A stretch of DNA of 64,000 nucleotides from the NCBI RefSeq assembly GCF_009914755.1, contig NC_060926.1; one strand, given 5' to 3'. The DNA comes from the human T2T-CHM13v2.0 reference genome, Homo sapiens. A model generated the notes under the pieces. It had not been told where the DNA came from and did no database searches. It saw nothing but the letters and a program-made list of their open reading frames with translations. Below are positions 53,013 through 64,000 of this stretch, piece after piece. Both the position numbers and the translations under genes were made by a program. Positions within the stretch are counted from its first letter, which is position 1. The number at the start of each line of letters is the position of its first letter.

Positions 53013-53441
53013 TTTCCCCCCAGAAAACCCCTTTACTTTTTACTCCACATTATATTACACAATGATCAGGTATTACATGACCTGGTTTTTTGGCTTTCTG
53101 ACAATGAGATCTCTCTCCTTAAGTGATGAAGGGTTTCAAAGCTCTGAATGGAGATAAAGCCTGTCCCTGCCTTCTCCATCACCAAACATCCATTCTTTCT
53201 TAGGCAGATCAGGTAAAAATATGTTTGTCCACGAAGCACCATGAACACAACGCAGTCATCACCACTGCCCTTCCTTGAGGGAACAGCTTCCCTATGACAC
53301 CTAAGAGGACTGGCATCCATGACGTCAAGCTGCAACTTCTCACCTGAGGCATAGATAGAGAGGCTGTCACAAAGTAGCAAGGATGCAAAACATGACAATT
53401 GTCTCATGACAATTCAAAACAAAGCTAAAGAACATCCTATG
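53013..53441 (-). other. Orphan retrocopy or transduction of unidentified origin
   Basis: 17 bp TSD (1 mismatch) at 52996-53012 and 53442-53458; on the minus strand two AGTAAA precede a short A run; body matches no repeat I recognise. Confidence 0.7.
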
Positions 53442-53752
53442 ATCTTCAGCAATTCTTTGTTAAACAAACACCTTACTCTTCTAATGTCAGAGATCCTATC
53501 TATCTTAAACAAAAGCCTTGTGATTCTAACATCAGAAATCTTATCTATAGGAACAATGGGGATGCAAATGGTTAGTATCTAGTGCTACATGGCTTTCAAT
53601 TACAACGAAGTGGGTCAAAATGCAGTCCAATTAATGCTTAAGTATAACTATATTTTTGTTCAGAATACTTGTTAACTGGTGAGGATGGCTTCAGCTAAAC
53701 CTAACATCCATTCCAAAAGTGGAAAAGTTTAGGTAAAAAGTAATGACAAATA

Positions 53753-54112
<360 letters not shown>

Positions 54113-55230
54113 TTATGAAATGAGGGAAATCCAATACTACAACAGCCCTTTGAGAGAGGCTGAGAGCAAGAGAACCATATTTTCTTTTAGTACAATATAT
54201 CAGATACCCAAAAAGGGTGGAGCCATGTGTTTGCTGACATTACTCTTGCTTTTTGAACCTGACAAGTTCAAATGAAACCTGCAAAACCAAGTAGCATCAC
54301 TCTGGGAGATATTTTGGTGATGGAATGATGAACTGGATCAATTGTTAGTAACTGAGTGGAACTCTAGTAATATGCTCATGTCTGTGGATTCTTATTTCAG
54401 GATACAACTATTACAAATAATATCACTTGGGAAAGAATTTCCAGGAACTATTCCCTACTGGGCCATCATACTTTGGTGTACAACTCTTGGCAAGACTCTT
54501 TACTGTGTAACTACAAACATTGATGATCAAATACTTAGAAAGTTCTCCGATTATAATGAAAAAATATATAGCAATCGTATGCCGAACGTCTTGCCATGTG
54601 CTGTCTACAAATACATATAACACGTGTTTTGTGGGTGGAAAGCTATTAAACAGAATAGGAAAAGACAATAGGTTTCTGAAGGGATTAAAGCAGTAGGCAT
54701 CACGTGAGAGTGTGAATTCCCTGGGGGACAGCCCCATCCTGAGAGGAGGAAGGCTATGGAAAGCTTTATGGTTTAGTCAAAGTAAATCAATCTAGGTGTG
54801 ACTACCACTCATCTAACCCCAGTATGGAGGACCATCATTTTGGGGTACAAAATAGGTATCCTAATTGCACTCACGCAATTAGTACACAATGGCAAAACAT
54901 GCATGGTAGATTTAAACAACGTTGGTTCAGAAGACTGAAAGAGGGCTTTAGGAGAGAGAGACACCTGTCTAGGCATCATGGAACAAGCTGGTTTTGCTTT
55001 TGATGAAGAGCAGCATCCAGAGGAAATTATTTATTGACTAGATTGGGCAGATTAGAGGAAATTCTATTCCAGGAGGAAGACAGGAATGGAAGTCAACCTC
55101 AAAAGATTATAAAGTTTAGGGAAGACTCAAAATAATGCTGGATCCAGTGTTGAGAAAGTGCTTGTACTCTGAACCAACATGGCCTTTTGATTATTTTAAT
55201 ATAGTTGGAGGCCAAAGTAGCCATGGGCAA

Positions 55231-55743
55231 TGTATTAGTCCATCTTCACACAGCTATAAAGAACTGCCCTAGACTGGGTAATTTATGAAGAAAATAGGTT
55301 TAATTGACTCACAGTTCTGCAGGCTTAACAGGAAGCATGACTGGAAGGCTTCAGGAAACTTACAATCATGGCAGAAGGTGAAGGGGAAGTAAGCACGTCT
55401 TATCATGGTGGAGCAGGAGAGACAGTGAGCGAAGTGGGTAGTACCACACACTTTCAAACAACCAGATCTTGTGAGAACTTACTCACGATCATGAGAACAG
55501 CAAGGGGGAAGTCCGCTTCCATAATTCAGTCACCTCCCACCAGGCCCTTCCTCTGACATGTAGGGATTACAATTCGAGATGAGACTTGGGTGGGGACACA
55601 GACTCAAAGAACGTCATTCTCACATTTGAAACCAATCATGCCTTCCCAGCAGTTAATGAGTTCTTAACTCATTCCAGCATTATCTCAAAAGTCCAGGTCC
55701 AAAGTCTTATCTGAGACGAGCAATTCCCTTCCACTTAATGAGC
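55231..55743 (-). mobile_element. MSTA LTR plus internal stub
   Basis: TGTATTAGTCCAT.. LTR, then ATCATGCCTTCCCA..CTCATTCCAGCATT internal sequence that stops at ~55743. Confidence 0.85.
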
Positions 55744-57125
55744 AGACATTGAGAAAGAAAGAAAATATAATCCAGGTTGCATCCAAACCTGAATCACTGC
55801 CCACCTGCAGCAAGAAAACACATTTTTCTACCACTCTTGCAATATGCATAAACTTTATAAAACCCACCCTTATTTCCCCTTCTCCTCTGCAAAAATTTCA
55901 GAAAGTCGGTGGCTATGTTTTTCAGGAGGGCTCAGAAGATGGGAATGTGAGAGAGGTAAGCACAGAGAATGGATTTGAAGGGTATTTTCTTTGCCATCTC
56001 ATTTTCAGTCTCACTTCTGATCCTTTTAGCTGAACGGAAGTCTTCTGATCAGCGTTTCAACCTCCTTCCTTCCCCTCCTGCGGCTGTGTATTGTGCACAC
56101 CAAACATTTACAGTGGCTAGCCATGGCTTTTACTATTGATTCTTTTTCTTTGTTGTGTTTTTCCTCTGAAAATTCCATTCAGTACTTCGGCATTAAAAAA
56201 GCTCGGTATGAATAAAAACAACATAATTCTCCCCTTTTGTGTCTCTGTGAGAAGCCAACACCACAATACTTTGTGACCATCTTCTGTGGCTAAAATGACT
56301 TCTAAAACTTGTGGTTGTGCTCGGAGTACTGAAACAGGATGTGCAGAACATTGGAACGGGGCCATTCATCAGCGAACAAACTTCCCTGGGTAGATATGCA
56401 GGGAGGATCTTGCAGGCTAAAGTTTCGTCTTTGTTTTTCCTGTTTGCTGCCAACTACAAGTTACAAATTGGATACAAATTCCTTAACCTTTGGCCGGCAA
56501 CCCTCAATTTCATGCTGTCTAATTTATATGTAAACAAGGTCATACATTTGCCTTAATTATATTTGCCTTAAGTTTTTCCACCTTATTTAGGGGAGGTTTT
56601 TAGTTTCTGATTTCCTGAACGCTGGTTAACTCTTGACTTTCTGGAACGTTGTACCGCAGCATTACTCTGGAAATGTCAACATTAAAAAAAAAAAAAAAAA
56701 GTTGAAAAAAACAATGCCAATCAGTTGGCCTGATTTGAACACCAGGGTGCAGCCTTACGGTCACAGACTATTCTTTAGTATTGAAAACAAGATCCTAAAG
56801 ACCGTGAATCAAAAATCAAGTCTCCATTTGACAAATAATTGGTAGCACAACCTTATTTTGTTTAAATACAATTAGGTAAGGGAAGTGAGAAGGAATTAAG
56901 TGATGGTAGAGACAGCTCTGACTTCCAATGTTGTCTACAAAGCCTCTCAATAGAGTGAAATCTATATTTTTCTCATCTCAATCGGAAGAAATGTTTTTAT
57001 TTCATTTCATATGGCCTTGGCCTATAGTTTATTTATTTATTTATTTATTTTTAAAGTCTGTTTTCAGGAAAACTCCTTCCCGCATCCTCCTAGGAACTTC
57101 TCTGCAATCTTCTGTGTTGGCTGCT

Positions 57126-58300
<1,175 letters not shown>

Positions 58301-58364
58301 AGTTGTCTTTCACTCATTTAAACTAAGTATACGTGATACAGATGTGAAAATGTCAATCACATAT

Positions 58365-58856
58365 TGTTACTGAAATGCCAGGAGTTTGGTCTAGGTCCTA
58401 CTGCTCACCACACAGAAAGTCAATCACTGAGACAATTATTATTGCCAGAGAAGAAGGCTTTAAGGGTGCTTCAGCAGAGGAGATGTGAAATCAGCCTTAA
58501 ATCCATATTCCTGACTGACTAAAATTAGGGGTTTATATAGCAGAAATGAAATGTAACCATGTGTGGGAAAACAGGAATTAGGGAGGCATAAGGAAGAGGA
58601 GTTAGTTTACAGGGAGCAGGTGGTCAGTTAGGCAATCATGATAGGTTAGGAGTTGGCGTCTTATTGTCCAGATGCAATCATCTGGTAAGTTACGGTTCCT
58701 TGACACTATCTGGGAGGACTGATGGTTGGTTTCCTGAGAGAGGAACTCAGATAAGACAGTAATAACTTTCTCAGGTTTTAAGATTGGGAGGATCAATTTC
58801 TATGTTTATTCCAAGAAACCATAAATATCAGTTCTGAGACAATTGGGCCAGTTTCA
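58365..58856 (-). mobile_element. ERV1 solo LTR (MER66-like)
   Basis: TGTTAC..TTTCA, TSD atat/acat, collinear with 47927-48419. Confidence 0.78.
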
Positions 58857-59232
58857 ACATCTGGAAATTTTGTTTATTCAGTCACCTGAGGCTGGCATTT
58901 TGAGGATGGAGACCTCTTATTTTTTTAGGGATGTTATCAAGGTTTGTTATATAGGACTTAGTTATTTCTTTTGTTCACATGTGGACAGTCTTCAGACCTT
59001 TCCCATGTATTCAGTACAAACAGATAATGTATAGGAGTTGTCAGCACTAATGGACTAACTCCAGAACGCATGGGGAGCACTTTGAATCCTCCCTGCCAAG
59101 GACAGTGCAAAGATGCACCCTGCTAAGTCCCACAGAGGAATTTAGACCAACACCTACATTATCATTTCATGAAAATTTCTCTGGCTTAAGCTGTTGCTTA
59201 TACTTGAGTTTTACAATTGAGAGATAGTATAT

Positions 59233-60082
59233 TGTGTCTGGAATTGGTGGGTTCTTGGTCTCACTCACTTCAAGAATGAAGCCGCGGACCCTCACGGTGT
59301 TACAGTTCTTAATGATGGTGTGGCTGGGGTTTGTTCCTTCTGTTGTTCAGATGTATCCAGAGTTTCCTCCCTCTGGTGGGTTCACGGTCTCGCTGACTCC
59401 AGGAGTGAATCTGCAGATCTTCACTATGATTGTTACAGTTCATAAAAGCAATGCATCCGGAGTTGTTTGTTCCTCCTGGTGGGTTCCTGGGCTTGCTGGG
59501 CTTGCTGACTTCAAGAGTGAAGCTGCAGACCTTCTTGGTAAGTGTTACAGCTCATAAAGGTGGTGTGAACCCAACAAGTGAGCAGCAGCAAGATTTACCG
59601 GGAAGAGCAAAAGAACAAACCCTCCACAGGGTGGAAGGTGACCCAAGCAGGTTGCTTCTGCTGGCTTGGGTGGCCTGCTTATATTCCCTTATTTGGCCCC
59701 ACCCACATCCTGCTGATTGGTCCATTTTACAGAGAGCTGATTGGTCCATTTTACTGAGTGCTGATTGGTCCATTTTACAGAGAGCTGATTGGTCCATTGT
59801 ACCGAGTGCTGATTGGTCCGTATTACAGAGTGCTGATTGGTGCATTTACAAACCTTTAGCTAGACACAGAGTGCTGATTGGTGCATTTACAATCCTTTAG
59901 CTAGACAGAAAAGTTCTCCAAGTCCCCTACCTCATTAGCTAGACACAGAGCGCTGATTCATGTGTTTACAAACCATTAGCTAGACACAGAGCACTGATTG
60001 GTGCATTTACAATCCTTTAGCTAGACAGAAAAGTTCTCCAAGTTCCCACCCGACCCAGAAGCCCAGCCGGCTTCACCTCTCA
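59233..60082 (-). mobile_element. LTR12 (ERV9) solo LTR
   Basis: Termini TGTGTCTGGAATTGGTGGGTTCTTGG and GGCTTCACCTCTCA; tandem GCTGATTGGT units. Confidence 0.95.
59675..60005 (-). promoter_or_regulatory. LTR12 U3 CCAAT-box array and TATA-like element
   Basis: Eight intact ATTGG in 59716-60001; the minus strand reads GGGAATATAAGC at ~59688-59677. Confidence 0.65.
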
Positions 60083-61580
60083 GTGCGACCTACACTTCTA
60101 AAATCCAGTGAAAATCTAGTTGAAAAGGGATAATAACTCCTTGCCTTTCACTCTAGAAAAAAAGTCCTGTCTGGGTGTTGCTAAAATAGTTTAGTGATAT
60201 GCTGCTAATACAGAGCAATTGAAATGTACTCATTTAAAAATATCTAACCTTGAGTAATCCATTAGTGGAAAAAATCCATTTTTTTCATTCATCAAAAACT
60301 GATATTCTGGAAAGAAGGAAAAAGAAACAAAGGATGAGGATAGTCACTGCATGAATTTCTTTCCAGATTTTTAAACTTAATTTCTGGTCTTTAATTAGTC
60401 TCTCATCCTCTTTTCTGAACTTGTAGACATCTGTTTACTGGTATACACTGATAAGAGAAAATTTATGTAAGTAAAATTTATATAAGTTCCTGAAGGTTCT
60501 GCTTTAGATGTATAGATGGTGAGAGGTCTAGAATCTTAGGGAATATAGAAGATTGGCCTTGATGAGAAAATGCTGGAAGTCAGAGAAGCACCTGCGCAGA
60601 GAACAGCAAATGGATCTAGGTACAGGGGACATCAGGAAGCTTGAAGCAGAGAAATCTAATGAATCCCAAGACAGACATACTGAGACAATTACAGTTAATC
60701 CATATCTTGAAGGCATTCCTTTGACATACAATCTGCAATCTGCCCTACTAACAACTATTTTCCCACATCTGCTAAATTTATACAGTTATGCATGGGTTAT
60801 CCCTAAGAGAGCATGATAAATGATATAGATAAATAATTATAACAGCGGTTTGCTTTATTGTTTTATAACAAGGAGACATATTAGGAAGAATTTGTTAATT
60901 CCTGGTTATCAATTGCTCAAGCTGTTTATGATTATTTTAGGGTTTTGAAATAAACTATGAATTCTTCTCTATTTGAGAATTGATAGGAAATGGAATTTGA
61001 AAAGAAAGAGTATTTTGATTTTTCCTCCCACACTGATCACTTTCTAGTTTACCATGGTTTCTGAATTCTGTTTATTAGCCATTCTGTTAACTACATTAAC
61101 TAACCTAGTAAATTTAGTAGGTTAAGAAACTGAAATATAAATTAATGAGTATAATCCATCAATGTCTGCAGTTTCAATCATAATATTTATACAGTGTGAA
61201 AAAGATGTCAGATGACTGCTAGGATTATCTTCTTTGAAGAGATTTATTAAATTTGCAATTATTTTGCCTGGAATGCCAACATTAAATTAATGTATTCCAA
61301 AATGTTAGAAACAGACCCACTTGTGAAGATATCATGTTACCATTTTTGTTTCTAGGCAAGCATAATAGATACCCATTCCACCAAAGGTAAAGTACATCAG
61401 GCAAATAATTAGTTCAAGCTGTAATACAGTATTTCCACCTGATTTTCATTTGTTTATTCATTCATTTACTCAACAAATGGTAAATTTTGTGAGATCCAAC
61501 TATGTGTCACTCACTGTTCTAGACACCAGTGATATAGGAGACAACACAAACCCTACACTAACACTAGAGCTCACATTTCA

Positions 61581-62090
<510 letters not shown>

Positions 62091-63135
62091 TCATTGTGAA
62101 GCAAATGAAGCTTAAAATTCAGGGACTTTCACTTGCTTGGGTCTCTGTGAGTGGTGGGACTTGCAGGACACTGCAGAGTATTCTTAGTGGAGAGTGGAGG
62201 CCAGTTTGCTTTCAGGAAATATTTCTCTGTAAGTGCATTCGTCATAACACTGAAACTCCAAAGAAAATGAAAGATGACTTCAAAGACATCTCCAGAGCTC
62301 CAGTAATTTGCTGTAATTTCTGTTCTCATTCTATATAAATATTAACCTAATTTTGTGTTTGTGATCTTATTTCTTTTTCTAAAACAGCATCCTTGACTAT
62401 AATTATATATACTTCAGGTCAGTATATGTCATTTCTAGGTATTGCAATTATACATATGAGTAAGATACGACCCCAGCCTTCAGCTCACTTCATGATCTTA
62501 ATAACTTTTGATATATTAAGGTGTAGAAGAAACAGAACTCAGCCAAGTTGATATCAAGTCGATAACTTGATATTTCCTTGAGTCTAACCGTCAGTTGTAA
62601 AAAACAGAATTCATAATAACTTCATGAGAAAAAAGAAAATGCTACTAAAATTAACATTTTCAGTTTTAAGACTAGTTGATTTTTAGATACAGAATATAAA
62701 GAAATATATATTAGAATTTTAAAAATTAACATTAATTAGAATTTATTGGGCTCTGATTTTCTAACGTCTTGGTATGCTTAACTCATTTAATCATCAAAAC
62801 AAAACTTTGGGATAGCTACTAATAGTATTCTAATTTTTCAGATGAGGAAACAGGCATACAAAGGTTAAGGGAAGTGGTAAAGCTAGAGACCAAACTGAAG
62901 CTATCTGACTAAAAGCTGGCATTTAATCATTTTGCTAAACTTACTTCAAAAGTCATGGGATTCCATTTTTAAATTTCTAGTCCAGATTCTACTTCTAAAT
63001 TTTGGGGTATCTCTCCTTAGATTTTAGCATCATCATCAGTAAAGTTGGATTAAAAAATCTTGACATTTTTCAGAATCTATTAAGGTTGTAACAATAGTCA
63101 ATACATTTTTTTATTATGAGATATAGCTCTCAATG

Positions 63136-63417
<282 letters not shown>

Positions 63418-64000
63418 CACAGTTCTCAATTTTAAAATGGCTTAGATTATAAATATATTATTTGTTTGATACCCACAATGTGCAATGTGCTTTATATGGG
63501 TTATGTAATTGAATAGTCACAATAGCTCTGCAGGGTCAGGATTAGTATTACTGTGTTATTGTTGAAGAAACAAATTAGCCAATTTGCTGAAGGTCAAACA
63601 GTTGTAAAGTTTGGAACTGGATCTGACCCAGTTCTGAATCCAAATTCCATGCTCTTTCCACCAGGTTAGTGATTCTCCAGAAAAGTAGAGCTTATTCTAA
63701 GGCAAAACTCCAAAAAAAGGTCAACTCTCAGGAAAAAAAAAACAAGACATTTTTGGGTATACCAGACTAGTTAGCAGAAGAGGGTGTTAGAATGCTGAAG
63801 CTGTTTGCTACAACTTCAGCCTAGTCAGTGAATTTCAAATAATGCTTCAGTTTGGCAAGCTTTTTCTAGAGAAGAACCTGCCAAGATCTACCCATTAGTA
63901 GAAATTTAAGATTTCCTTAGGAAGCTCTGCTGTCATTAATATCATATTATGTAAATTATCCTATAGACATTGAAATGTTTAGGAAAATAGAACCATTCTG

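Noticed and set aside
59430-59900. ORF with ADWSILQ repeats; array superficially CRISPR-like
   Set aside because: Tandem CCAAT units of the LTR12 U3 region, with no unique spacers
60553-60816. 87 aa ORF in unique sequence
   Set aside because: Non-ATG start, no recognisable homology, length compatible with chance
62551-62573. 9 bp stem hairpin atatcaagt-cgata-acttgatat
   Set aside because: Expected by chance in 64 kb of AT-rich DNA

Overview
Primate (human-like) genomic DNA, AT-rich and dominated by interspersed repeats: about 25 Alus, L1PA/L1M and L2 LINEs, MIR, MaLR (THE1/MST/MLT1), ERV1 and LTR12 solo LTRs, and a hAT-Charlie remnant. I cannot support any functional protein-coding exon, RNA gene or CRISPR array; nearly all listed ORFs are repeat-derived or random. 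The only cellular-gene homolog is a full-length processed pseudogene of SLC25A5 (ANT2) on the minus strand, with one in-frame stop. An ~12 kb decayed class III (ERVL-type) provirus (43.4-55.2 kb) carries a stack of nested insertions. The most unusual items are: (1) an ~190 bp non-repeat segment duplicated in inverted orientation with its adjacent Alu tail (18.3 kb vs 20.2 kb), which looks like an Alu-Alu template-switch scar; (2) an ~430 bp TSD-flanked orphan retrocopy of unknown parent inside an LTR; (3) an env-like remnant behind the ERVL pol; (4) a 200 bp twin-primed L1. These are genome-evolution scars rather than a demonstrated new biological system. Repeat subfamily names come from remembered consensus sequences and need Dfam/RepeatMasker confirmation.
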